NCBI RefSeq assembly: GCF_902459465.1
Contig: NC_047081.1
Coordinates: 1,550,001 to 1,614,000 of the forward strand
Length of the DNA stretch: 64,000 nucleotides
Source: Asterias rubens
Lineage: Eukaryota
Direction: 5' to 3'
Position numbers and translations under genes: made by a program. Position 1 is the stretch's first letter. Every line of letters begins with the position of its first letter. Of the stretch, positions 24,501 to 35,561 are shown piece after piece. The notes beneath the pieces were generated by a model that saw only the letters and a list, made by a program, of their open reading frames with translations, searched no databases and had not been told where the DNA came from.

Positions 24501-27500
24501 TGATGATGATAGTAGAAAACATCCCTTGAAATATTTCTCTCTGAAATTTCATATTTGATGAGAAATAAATAATCTTTCGCGTTTGGAGTTTATTGCTCAG
24601 TGAGCGTTTTAGTCAATTATGTTTTGGCATCGATGCAATGCAAAATTTGTGATCGGTTTTTCACTGTTCTCTCGTGACCTAGATGGCCGATCGATCTCAA
24701 ACTTCTACAGGTTTGTCAGTTTATGTATATTTTATGGTGGATTACATAAAGTGCTTACACTGCCAGCAATTTCGCTAGCAAAACCAATTCTGTAATGTTC
24801 CTTTAAGATGAATTCAGACTCACTGGTATGCTGAGGCTGTGAGACTGTCTGCCACAACCATAAATGGTTAGGCGGTATCAATTGAATTGCTTGTCTGATA
24901 TATTGTCGTTGGGGTCATGCAGGAGAGTATTGTCAATCTTAGACACAGTGGGTACCAGGACAAGGGTGGGTACCAACTAGGGCAGAATTTAAAGAGACAA
25001 CCCTGAGACAAGAACTCCTCTAAAAGGCACTGGTAGGAGTGCTGTTGATGTAGTCTAATACATTTTGAGAAACGGCTCCCTCTGAAGTGAAGGGATGCTT
25101 ATCTTTCATTATTCTCTTGCATTTTCAGTTACCAGTTGAGTTCAACTTTTCACAGGGTTGTTATTTTATGCATGTTGGGATACACCAAGTAAGAATTACT
25201 TGTCTTTGACAATTACAAAAGGTGTCCAGTGCCTTTAAAGGGAAGGCACACTTTTGGAAGAGTTACTTAATCTACATCCTCTATAGGTTCCCATATGTAA
25301 ACGAGCCCTACAAACGCCCCTTTTAAAATTCCATAAAACTCTGGGGTCATGTTTTTGAGATAATGGCAAAATGTTCACAGTTTAGTTTAGTTTGTCAGGG
25401 ACTTGAGCACTTTCAAATCGGGCTTTTTTAATTTAGTCAACTAAACTAAACACCAGTGATCTAAGGGGTATCAATGCCATTTCGTGGACAATGAACTGTA
25501 GTCTTCAGACAAAAATATTTCTTTCTGGGATTGGTTCTGGGTGTTTATAATTTAGTTGTGATTTTTATTGAAAACAAACAGGATTGGTATGGATTTAACC
25601 CACAACTTCTCTCTCCAATAAAAAACAACAATGAAATCCTTTCTTCTGTCATGGACACCTCTTAAATTTACAGTGACATAAATTTGGAAGAGTACAAGTA
25701 AAATAGTTTTCACTGTGTAAACAGTCTACACTGGTGGTGGTGATAGAATGACAAGCGAAAGCTTGGAGCTGTAGGAAAAGTAAACATTGCTCCAGTTATA
25801 ATAGGGAATTTACGACTCTGTTTTTCGACCACATTATTATTGTTAGGAACTACATCGTAGTCCCAACTCTTTGTCAACCTCAGTGCCTTTTATGAAAATA
25901 AAATTAGCAATTTATACCTCTGAAGTTTCAGGTTGAGGTTTCCGGTGGCACCCTTGATGTGGCTCTGAGCGTCAAGATGCGTCAGTTTTTCCGTCTCCAT
26001 GCCATTGATTGAAAGAACGCAATCGTTGGGAAGGATACTGCAGTTGGCTGCCTTACCACCAGGGGTCACCTGTGAGAGGTCATAGGGCAAAGGTTAAAGA
26101 TTAATATTATAAATTTATGGAAACTTAGGCTGTCTTTACCCACAGTGCATCTCAGCGACTCTTTTTGTTTGATCATTGCTTAGTATTTTTGTGATTTACC
26201 CTAACCTACTCCTAACCCCAACCTAAACACTATAAACCATAACCCTAAAAACATCTATTTTAGCATGTACAACAGATTTTCGTGACTCTCCTGAAAACAT
26301 TGATCTATGACTTTCATTTTTTTCTCAAAAATGAAGCTGAAACTTCTACAGGTAAATTATATTCTGTCTTCATTCATATGGAGTAGGGATTCATGTCAAG
26401 GCCAAAAACTTGATCTACAAAAGGTATCAAAACCCTTCAAAGTTATAGAACATCCTGGTCAAATTATTCAATCCATTCATTTTGGTACTACCATGGTACT
26501 ACACAGTACCCAATGCCACTCCCTGGATAAAAAAATACCCAGAGCAAAAGCATTGTTGGACCCCAACAACTCCCCCATAGGCACTGAAAAACACTCTATT
26601 CAACAACACTGAATTGACAAGGGATCATGCGGTGAACCTGAAAAGGTTAACCCCCAATACTGGGAGCTTTTGAAGGGAACAAGGGCCATTACAAGAGGCC
26701 CTGTGTTCCTTGCCAAAATGGAGTAAGAGATTTGCATCTTGCAAAAGGGAGTTCTAAAACTGAAAACTCAATCCTGTTTTGGTTTTTTTCCAGTGAAAGT
26801 TCTGTCAGGGTACAGTGCTATAGGCCTGTAACATGGTGTGGCCATCTTGATTTTACACCATTCCAACTTATTGTAACCAAACTGAGGCTGAACGAAATAA
26901 TAGTCTGGTGTCATGTTTGCGCAATGAATGTTAGCATTCATTACTGGTATTGGAGACGGGGAACATGACCAAGATCGTGACAACATGATAATGGCTGGTC
27001 TATACAGGGCTTTCGTTATAGACACACGCTCACTAAATAAAAAAAAGCTCCCCCTTCACCCCCAACCTTTAAACACAATTAATCCAGAGATAATAATGTC
27101 TTCCTAACTGGCAACACCAATCCAATCAGTAACAATCTTCCTAATGCTGTAATGGATTTACGACCCAGTTGTTATCTCCGCCAATATAACTGGCACAAAT
27201 TTCAAGGCTAACATGTGTACACAACAGATCAGAGCGTGGTGACAATTAATTGTGAAGAGCATACAGACTTTGAGAAGTAATTTGAAGTTGGGTGTATGAA
27301 TGAATTTGGGATTTTAATGAGGCTGAAGGTTTTGAGACTGTTATGTCACCATGTTAATTTGTAACAATCTGTAAACCAGCCCACAACAAACAGACTGTGT
27401 CATGTGCAAGCATGGAGCTTCCTCCACGATTGCTCCATGGTTGCAAGGAAAGTAAATTAAGACGTGTAGACCAGGGCCAATTTGAAATGGTGGATCAGAT

Positions 27501-30500
27501 CCAGAAAAGTGGATTCCACAAACATGGTCATTTCTGACTTTGCTAGGAATGGCAGGGTTTTTGCAAGTGTTTTTTGTGTGACTGCTGAAATCAAAGATGG
27601 GGATTAGAGCTCAGCAGGCCTGGAATTTCATATTTGAACATGTTGAAAGGGCAAGGCCGTTTCATTTTGCAAAGGGCACTTCCATTGGGAATTCTTCAAG
27701 TCATTGGGAATTTTTTGAAGGGCACCAAGGCCAAGAGCAGGGGCAATGTTTGTGGCCTACAACTACAATGTACAAGTGTGTAATTCCAGGCGTTGAGCTG
27801 GATCAAAGCACTGGACCAGTGTAAATGCGATTGGTGATAACATTGTACAATGCCTATCATTCCTAATCCTCATTTCTGGAATGGAAATGTAAAACTACTG
27901 TTCCAGTAGTTGTATCATGAGTAGGGGGATGTAATAGGATATTATAGCTGGCTTAAATGACTGATAAAATTCCTGAAGTTTAATCAAATTAGATTGCCAG
28001 AGATTGTACTGAAATGTGAAATGAACAATGTAAACAGCTGTGGGTAGGCCCATCTTCCTCCATGGTAGGCCTAATCATTGGCAATCTCAGGCAGTGTGGA
28101 CACGGTAGTCCGGCTGACAATTTCACCAATCTCTTCATAACTTAATCTTATGACTTAGGACGCATTGAACCCATCCTACGTTAGGATTAATCCAAGTGTT
28201 TCGTGAAATGGGCTGCAGTGCCTGTAAATTTAGCATTGAACTGTAATGAATACGCCATACTGGCAGAGCATCGCTTAATTGCTGGTACATGGCAGGCCTG
28301 GAATTTCATCTAGAAGAGGGCAAGGTTATTTTCATTATGTAAAGGGCATTTCTATTGGAAAATCGTAAAGTCTACGGGGAAACTTTATTCAATGGCACCA
28401 AGGCCAAGACCAGGGCACCAGAGGCAATAGCCTCCCTGAACCTTCAGGCTATTATTGCTCCATGAGGCTATGCAGGGCTAGAATTTAGGGGGGAAATCCA
28501 CAATACCACAGCCTTGGCTTGTAAGTTACAATATTTTCTGGTCAGCATTTAGTTTACAATTACAAGACCAGATAATGAGAAAGAGCTTTCTACAATACAA
28601 GTTTAAAATGTACTAATATGTTGTAAACTCTTTTTATCTGAAAAAGCACTTTAGAAGCAGAGCGCATCCATCACTCTAACATACAGTATTTGTGCAAGGA
28701 ATGTGGGACTACATTTGAATTATGGGACCTAATCCTTGTCTTAGGCTTTAATACGCAACAGTAAAGATAGTACACAATAAGTGTGAGGTACGTTTAGTCA
28801 ATTGAATTTAACACAAGACCACCAATCCCGAGGTCACTGGCCCCAGGTCAGTGACCTCAGGACTGCAGTCCTGTGTTAAATTTGGGGCCGTTGCCCCCAT
28901 TGCCCTAGTCTTGGCCTTTTTTTGGTGACCCTTCAAAAGTTTTTGATAGACCTGAATTTTCCAGTGGAAGTGCCCTTTGCAAAATGGGCTCCTTTTGCCC
29001 TAGTCTTGGCAGGTGCCCTTTCACAAGTTTCCAATAGACTATACTGATAATAAATTTTTCAATGAAGGTGCTCTTTACAAAATGAAAAACAACCCTGCCC
29101 TCTCAAAGATGAAAATCAAGGCCTGTTCTACTCCTTTTTGGTGGGCAGCAGGGCTTGTTTTGAGGGTGGCCCATACTCCTGGCCTACACCTTTTCAAATT
29201 CCAGACCCTGGAAAAACAATATTGACCCTTGATTTTAATCTATTTAAGAGTCAACAATTGTCCGCAAGTTAATATTTATCCCCACACACAAGGGGGATAA
29301 GGCACTTTTTATGCTGATGCAATTTCAACGCCAGGTAACGAAATTAAATACTTCATTTCAACTGGGTCACAGCTTGTGTTCATTTTTTTCTTTTTTAATA
29401 TCGACAACAATGGTTGAATAATTGCAATATTGCGTTGGACAACAGCTGCTGGCATTGGGCCCCGACTGGGTGTTAGGCAAAATCAAATATGAAACATAAT
29501 GAGGATTTTATCACAGACAATCTCTGAAGCGTACGTATCACTGATATTTTGTTTTAGACAAAGGGGCTCTGAATTGGAAACTTGGAGTTTATATTGGAAT
29601 GGAAAATGGTTGCATTTAAAACTGGCTACCTGAATATTTAAAGGGCACCAAGGCAATCAAGGGAGTGTGAGATATGGTGGACAATACATGTTGGAGTGCA
29701 CTGTTTGGCTTGAATATTAAAGACAAGCTTCCCAAACTATAGAGACATAGTATTGTGGCCTGCCATACCTCACAAAACAAATCCTGAATGATAGGCCTAC
29801 CTTTAAAACAATTGCAATTCTGAAAGTCTCCCATTTAATGTTAAAGTAATTATGGTTTATGTTTTGGTCATTGTAGCGAGTGCGATCCCGGCTTCTATAG
29901 AGACATTTCTATTCTGGATGGGTTTAACATTCTGTGTACATAGGCCTATGTGAAAAGTGTCACATAATGGACCTTAAAACCGTTTCAAGGACAGAGTAGG
30001 ATGAAACTTTTCATGGTGATAAACTAACTATGAGCAGTGTGTGGTAAAAGTCACCACTATTGTGAATATTCTTTTTGAGTGGTTTCAAGGACATTCGTAC
30101 ACAGATTGTAAACAAGTCTATTTTTTAGTGAGTGGTGCACTGCATGACGAAGCAAAGCATGTACCAGTAGAATGAAATATTATACACACAGACACCCAGA
30201 ATGGATCAATATTTTGTGTTTATTCTAATCCGAGGTCGACAGGAGTTCAAGAGCTTTCAAATGTGACAGAGGTAGGGACAGTAAACGAGAATTTACTCGC
30301 AGACAGTATGGACAGTTTGTGTGGGTATATTATTTCAGAATTTGACCTTAGCAGTCGCCTACAGCCTGCTCACAAAATGCAAGGGAATTGAAAGGCGAAT
30401 AAAACAGTGGAAGATGAGCCCAAACACTTCAAATTTTGTGTCGGCAAAAGTGAATCCTTGTTTTCAGGATTCCTTTTTTTTGGGTGGTGGGGGGGGGGGG

Positions 30501-32144
30501 GGGGAGTTTCCCTGTATGATTATTATGCATTATTGAATGATTAATCCAAGCAAATGTTTTTGAAGCAATACTTTGGGGAGAGGGTTTTGGTAAAAGAAGT
30601 AGCTCTCTCAACAAACATGCAAGGCCTTATTATGTTTTACAAATTACAGTGACTTTCTTTCAAGTCACTTATCATGTGAACATTGTTATGTCTACCATGG
30701 AGCAATAAACTAGATTATTCCATGATAGTGGTAATGAGTATTTCCCACCACAAACTCAAGCCCTGTTGTTTACAAAATTTCATCAACAACCATAGCATGG
30801 AGCTTGGCTCCTGTGTTTGTCAGACATTCATTGACATTCTTCTGTTATAAATGTTAGACCATGGAGAGACAAGATGTATTCATTCTGTTGTTACAACTCG
30901 GAGTCTGAGTCACCAAACCAGCTGGAAATAATTCAGGCTCATCATTAACATAACAATTGAAAGGAATGTTTGTAGAATACAGAGTAGCCTTACCACGCTT
31001 TCTGAAAACGAAGCTTGTTTTGAAAAACTAACAAGCATGAAAAATTGCCAAAAGTGTACAACTTAATTCTTTCCACTGTGTGTATTGCATCTGGGTTCAT
31101 TACACAATTGTATGGCAGGGTTAGCCCTTTTATTTATTTTCAGCATGTGACCAGTTAGCATGTCATTTCATTAGTTTGTTTGCTTTTTCAATAGTCCATT
31201 TTCAAATGAATAGGGATGCTTTGGAGAGAATTTTGACAGGGGTTTGAACTGGCATTTGGCCAGTGAAACACTATTTAGGGAGAACGCAGTACTGTAGAGG
31301 CTCTATGGGCAAATTTTCTGCTTGACACCATTAACTTATCCGCCATAAATTATATTAACTCAAATTACACTGAGTTTTATTTATACTTATAAACAAGAAG
31401 GTTTACCGCATGTACATTGTATCCAGAAAAAAGGGCAGAATTGAATAGAAAAAAAAGAAGGAAAAAAAATTAAGAAAATGGTAGCGTCGAGCGGAAATTT
31501 TTCCAAGGAGATTTTAAAAGATTTGTTTTAATTATAGGCCCAAAGTTTAGAGAACCCTCTTTCTCCATTTTATTTTGCCAATTAACAAAAGTTTTTAAAA
31601 GTTTAACATCCTGGGTTTTTTGTATTGATTTGACAGACCTACACATGCAAAGAATGAAATTTAAATTTCTGTAGTATAATATGGAGAATGGGGTTTTGGT
31701 TGGTTAAAGGTAGGAGCTAGGTTGGTAGGATAGGAGGCGTGGCACAATTCATGTTTACTTCAAAACACACTTGTAACCAATGAAAAGTTGTGTTCTAAAA
31801 TTAGTGTAAATAAGGGAGACAATTCACAAAGTGACTGCATTTGTTGGAAACAAAAATTAATTATCACTGTTAATTATTTAGGGACATTTATTCCAAGCAT
31901 AATGGTACACTAAAGACAAAGGGCAGTACATAGCCAGCAACCAAATCGTTTGCTGTAAAATCTCGACATTCTGATCGTGTACCTTTCACTTTCAATTCAC
32001 TGAAGAAAACAAATTGAAAATTAATAAAATAAATCTTACCTTGGAGATGTATAGTGGAGTGTTAAAATCTCTACCACCAGCAAGACGAAATCCCCATGGC
32101 CCTGGACCAGGGATTGTTATATTGAACATCTTATCCGCCGGCAT
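12520..32144 (-). CDS. Zasp: PDZ and LIM domain protein (Zasp/ALP-Enigma, PDLIM family), short 345-aa isoform: join of 32040-32144, 25918-26069, 18771-18858, 18135-18331, 17066-17286, 14872-14983, 13678-13763, 12520-12596
   Basis: Eight exons have compatible phases (0,2,0,2,1,2,1) and total 1038 nt. The product has a PDZ domain ([23 protein letters not shown]...), a ZM motif ([18 protein letters not shown]), the ALP-type QSRSFKMLQ and GVRSVKAP motifs, and one LIM domain C-x2-C-x16-H-x2-C-x2-C-x2-C-x17-C-x2-C. Confidence 0.93.
13386..13545. mobile_element. 160-bp palindromic MITE with CTCF-like motifs in both arms; a degenerate copy lies at 59387-59492
   Basis: Arms caatgggagactttc...gcagcagacttaccgggtaaatccattgtt and the reverse complement. 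Confidence 0.75.
13678..13763 (-). CDS. Zasp: Zasp/PDLIM coding exon 7 (LIM1 middle: [28 protein letters not shown])
   Basis: Acceptor cttcctttttgcag|T, donor G|GTAAGA, HPECFxCxxC LIM signature. Confidence 0.93.
14384..14753. mobile_element. MITE with 21-bp TIRs (aaagccattggacactttcgg / ccgaaagtgtccaatggcttt)
   Basis: Perfect terminal inverted repeats read directly from the sequence. The internal sequence is related to the other TTAA-AG families. Confidence 0.85.
14872..14983 (-). CDS. Zasp: Zasp/PDLIM coding exon 6 (GVRSVKAP linker and LIM1 start [11 protein letters not shown])
   Basis: Acceptor tttgtctctttacag|AT, donor GT|GTAAGT, first CxxC of the LIM domain. Confidence 0.9.
15088..15358. 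repeat. Degenerate 12-bp minisatellite (tttacactaacc)n in Zasp intron 5
   Basis: Direct reading of the tandem units. Confidence 0.9.
15702..16038. mobile_element. Palindromic TTAA-flanked MITE (Kolobok-like)
   Basis: TTAA|AGG...CCT|TTAA ends with long imperfect inverted arms. Confidence 0.8.
17066..17286 (-). CDS. Zasp: Zasp/PDLIM coding exon 5 (Pro/Tyr linker, [10 protein letters not shown] motif)
   Basis: Acceptor catttctcatag|T, donor G|GTAAGG, open frame in phase 2 to 1. Confidence 0.9.
17310..18120. repeat. G-rich/purine-skewed low-complexity tract filling Zasp intron 4, including (ggggtcttggggaaggga)x3
   Basis: Dozens of G3-G6 runs on the plus strand, with few C. Confidence 0.9.
18135..18331 (-). 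CDS. Zasp: Zasp/PDLIM coding exon 4 (ZM motif)
   Basis: Acceptor tttttcacactgcag|ACT, sequence [13 protein letters not shown]...[22 protein letters not shown], donor GG|GTGAGT. Confidence 0.93.
18771..18858 (-). CDS. Zasp: Zasp/PDLIM coding exon 3 ([29 protein letters not shown]), ending at a GC donor
   Basis: 88 nt. It bridges phase 2 (exon 2) to phase 0 (exon 4). Acceptor caatttacag|G, donor CAG|GCAAGT. The WKP...LHANKQ sequence resembles the post-PDZ segment of Zasp-type proteins. Confidence 0.85.
19740..19955. repeat. Degenerate tandem repeat (ggtcttgagagcaagactagactaa / gagctggtcaataa units)
   Basis: Direct reading of repeated units. Confidence 0.75.
20257..20533. mobile_element. Harbinger/PIF-like MITE with cagggcccaa..catggctctgctta TIRs
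   Basis: Terminal inverted repeats with GGGCC ends. Related ends occur at about 2046, 23838-24040, 34398 and 49450. Confidence 0.7.
21477..21575 (+). mobile_element. Degenerate tRNA-derived SINE
   Basis: agctcagttggtagagcg A-box and a degenerate B-box, with no cloverleaf closure. Confidence 0.6.
22433..22733. mobile_element. Abundant TTAA-AG MITE family copy (ggacactattggtaattactcaaaat type)
   Basis: The same sequence recurs at about 9230-9352, 20540-20842, 25021-25238, 36655-36930, 42950-43234, 46320-46440, 46725-47097, 47180-47405, 49540-49717, 54298-54656 and 60780-61082. Confidence 0.85.
24424..24806 (+). mobile_element. TTAA-flanked MITE (aggaacgttacaga type); an inverted copy lies at 48691-49079
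   Basis: TTAA at both ends, terminal inverted repeats, and a homologous reverse-strand copy. Confidence 0.85.
25918..26069 (-). CDS. Zasp: Zasp/PDLIM coding exon 2 (PDZ C-half: [51 protein letters not shown])
   Basis: 152-nt exon, acceptor ctctcacag|GTG, donor AG|GTATAA, clear PDZ sequence. Confidence 0.95.
32040..32144 (-). CDS. Zasp: Zasp/PDLIM coding exon 1 (PDZ N-half: [35 protein letters not shown])
   Basis: ATG at 32144, PDZ carboxylate-binding loop PWGFRL, donor AAG|GTAAG in phase 0. An upstream acceptor (ttcatttttgttcccag| at 32169) implies a further 5' exon. Confidence 0.95.
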
Positions 32145-34762
32145 TGTCCCTTTAAATCGCTCTCAACTCTGGGAACAAAAATGAAGTTTCACTACACGAC
32201 GAAGCTCCGAGTGGACCAACGTACAACAATCGTCCTGCCGTGTTTATGGGTGGGTCCGCCCCGTAGAGTTTCCAGCTCTGCACGGTGAAATAAACGGAAA
32301 CTTGTATAAAAACCAGGTTTTATGCCCCTCCAAAATGTGTGATTTTGAAGGCAAAACTGGCCCTGGTTTATTCCAGAGATTTGGCCCCCACGTCACTCGA
32401 GCTGGCGACTATTTTCCAGAGCACTTTCACCGCAAATACCAGGCTATCATGGCATGAATTCCAGCAATGTTGCCCGCACATGAACTACCTACATAACTTT
32501 TCTGCATGGGTGTTGCGGAAGTGTAGTTCAACGAGTAGTTGAAGCGCCGCCTATTCGATTGACTCCCTAAGTTGGCAGGAAATTGAGATGAAGGGCGACA
32601 CCTGTTGGTAGTGTGTAGGTTATTAGAAAAAAAAATCCATAATCTACTTTGAAAACTGCTGAAACGAATGACAAAATAATAACTCTCAATCGGTACATTT
32701 AATTTTGTTGGCATATAAATAGCCTTTTGCCCCATCCATAGTTTCTAGTCCCTGTGTTTCTGTACCCTAAATTTCAGGGGAAAAAATGAAAAATGTTTGC
32801 CAGTTAATATCAAATTTTCATTAATTTACTTTACCTTTCATAAAACTGTCAAACAGTGACACATTTCTCTGCTAAGCAAAACTTAAGAGGGGCATCAGTC
32901 AAAACAATATAAACTTAACGTTATTTCAGCTGATAGCATGTTTCTGCAATACTTTTATGCTTATAACGATTGTGCTTACAAGCTTTATGAAATTGCGTCC
33001 TGTCATGCTCCATAGCTTCATAGACCTTTTCGCAAATACCGGGGCGTGCGCGTAAAGCTTGGAATTAGGTGCATTGTGGTCTAGCTGGTATCCAAATTTG
33101 ATCCATATTATATCCCACAATGCACCTCATTCAACAGTCTGCGCTTGTGCATTGGTATTTGCGATAAGGTCTATAATGACAAAGGTCATGGGTTCGAATC
33201 CTTCCCGAGTAATTATGCATGATATTTTTTACAGAGCTCGGGAACCAAGCTGCCATCATAATAACAATGTTTAAAGAATCCTCAAGCTTAAACAAAATGT
33301 CATAGCAAGTATGCACCAGACTCATATTCTCTACTGGGAATGATTTCTTACCGCATTTTTGACTAAAAAAAGAAGCTTCACTCCCCCCGAATCCCACATC
33401 CAGTGACAAAACGGAAACAATTGAATAAGTGGAACGGAAATGGCAGGCTTGATCCAGGAAATACGCGAGACACTGGGTGCATAGCCAATGGGGAAATTGC
33501 CCTCTGATTTATAACATGAGACCTGCTTCCTCTGTGTCCAAACCCAACTCCTCAGACGTCTATTTAAAAAGACACTCACACTAAGACCCTTTTCGAAACC
33601 ACGGCTTCTAGGCTCCAGATTCGGCTCAGGCCAAACTTGTACGTGCAGTTGTTTGATTTTGGGAGTGCTTTTGCGTATGTAGCCTAATGCTCTACGTGAT
33701 TCGGGCTTCAGACGAGAGGACGGAGCCTGAAGCCAAATCCAAAGCCGAAGCCGTGGATTCGAAAAGGGCCTATGTACAATGCCCTTACGTTCTTCACCAG
33801 CCAACTTGTCAAAATGTAATTGTTTCAGACACATTATGGGTTATAGGAGGATCACTACCAGTTACTTTGACCAATAAGAATCGGGATGCGCGGGGGGGGG
33901 GGGGGGGCGGAGGGTTATTTAAATTTGGGGGCTCCTTCATGTGGCAAGGTAACTGGACAGATGACTGACAGTTCTCTGGAAAGGCTCTTACAGCAAGTCA
34001 GAATTCGGCGTTGATGGGAGGGATTCAAAAGTCATCCAAATGTTCATTAGGGACCAATCAATTTTCAGATATAAAAATAAATCCTAAGCATTTTAAATCT
34101 AAGAGGTAGATTGGTCTCTAACAATCCTTTGGGATTAACTTTCCGATCCCTCCCATTTTGTGATAATTCGGAGTACTTTTCAACAACTTCGTTCTCTTAC
34201 CCCGTGTGAGATGTTCTTCCCGTGGGAGGTGTGTCAGTTTTTTATTTTGAAGCGTCTAGGATTACTCACACGACAATATTGATGTCAACGTGTAAATCTT
34301 TCGCAGACACTTATTGGTCGCGTTCCTGGTCTGCAATAACGATACTAATACTGATTCTCCTAACAAAGAGCTCCCAGACTATTTTGCCCTGGTAACCAGG
34401 GCCCAATTTCATAAAGCTTGTAAGCAACCTGCTAAGCCAAGCCAAATCTTGCTAATCAAAAACCGGTTACCAGCCAACATGCCATAAAGTTTATAGTATT
34501 GCGACTGGTGCCCCACGTTTGTTTGTTTTTTTTTTTTATACAAAAGAAAATTTGCTAAGCAGTATTTTCTGCTATGAAAGATCGGCCCATCTATTAGTAT
34601 TAGTCTGTTTTATTTTGAGCTCGATTGTGGTATGAGGTTCCCCTCCTATTGTGTTCTTCATTGGTTTTTTTCTGTACAAGTGGCGACGAGTGAGATACAC
34701 GGGGGAGGGTTGTCTTCTGTCACACATATTGGTTTTAATGGGGAAGACACACACAAAACACA

Positions 34763-34975
34763 GATTATTCTTTCGAGTCCACCATCTACTCTTCAAATGT
34801 TCGGACCAAGATTGGGCACATCTCACAGCCTTCTTGTTTGCTGCCGCAGGTCTTCTAGGCAGCACAGCTCCCCAAGGGCTGGGCATCGTAGAAGGTGTGG
34901 CATAGATTGGAGTGAAGTGCCACAATTGCAATTGATGTCATCATCGTCAGTATACCCTCATTTCATCATGAAACT
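34763..34975 (-). pseudogene. Decayed 3' end of a non-LTR retrotransposon ORF (C-terminal CxC...H..C knuckle)
   Basis: Translation MMK*GYTDDDDINCNCGTSLQSMPHLLRCPALGELCCLEDL / frameshift / AANKKAVRCAQSWSEHL, followed by a tggactcgaaagaataat tail-like end. Confidence 0.65.
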
Positions 34976-35085
34976 AATACCACTTGACAGTAGAAGATTT
35001 CATCATCAAAGATGATTATAATTCACTCATGATGATCATTCCTCGACTTAAACGAACAAATAATTGCCAGCTTAGGTGAGCTTAC

Positions 35086-35201
35086 TTTATGACAGCTTTG
35101 ACGGAGCAGAGGAATTTCTCGCACGCGACTTTTTCTACGCGTATGGCCTCCAGAGTTCATCCCCGCTGTGCAAAATCGAGAATGCCTCCCGTCAACCAAA
35201 C
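35086..35201 (-). other. Putative 5' UTR exon of Zasp carrying a 25-codon uORF start
   Basis: Flanked by ctgtctttag| and AAA|GTAAGC. It is CpG-rich relative to its surroundings and matches the orphan acceptor 24 nt upstream of the Zasp ATG. Confidence 0.4.
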
Positions 35202-35561
35202 CTAAAGACAGTTTGTCTTTATTTGGCTATCCTATCATGCCGGCATGGAATATTATTATTATGATTATACATATCAACCTTCATCATCATACTCGAAAAT
35301 TAAATACATAGATGAACAGAAAAATATAAAGGCTTCATTTGGTTGTGGAGTTTTCAGATGAACGGCTGGGTTGGCATTCTGATGTTGAAGGAGGATTTTT
35401 CGATTTCTTGCAGTGAGGTGTTTCGTTGGTCCTTAGGGGGTACTAAAGAAGTTTTGGACGGTGCAACTTTACGGTGGCTTGGCGGTTGTTAGGTAAAAAC
35501 AGCCCACGTCACTCTTTGAGAGAGCGCATCGGCAGAGAGACAACTTCGCACTTCGGAAAAG
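35200..35561. promoter_or_regulatory. Candidate bidirectional promoter/first-exon region between Zasp (-) and the 465-aa gene (+)
   Basis: Locally CpG-rich with a CRE-like CCACGTCA near 35505. There is a plus-strand donor AAG|GTAAAT at 35561 and a minus-strand exon directly to the left. Confidence 0.35.

Noticed and set aside
24858-24867. Single CArG boxes (also 3247-3256, 44862-44871, 47665-47674)
   Set aside because: About five such 10-mers are expected by chance in 64 kb at this base composition.
33331-33968. 167-aa and 93-aa ORFs
   Set aside because: They overlap a MITE and a poly-G run and show no recognisable protein features.
34572-35015. Overlapping ORFs of 84-127 aa
   Set aside because: They are explained by a decayed retrotransposon 3' end containing a stop and a frameshift.
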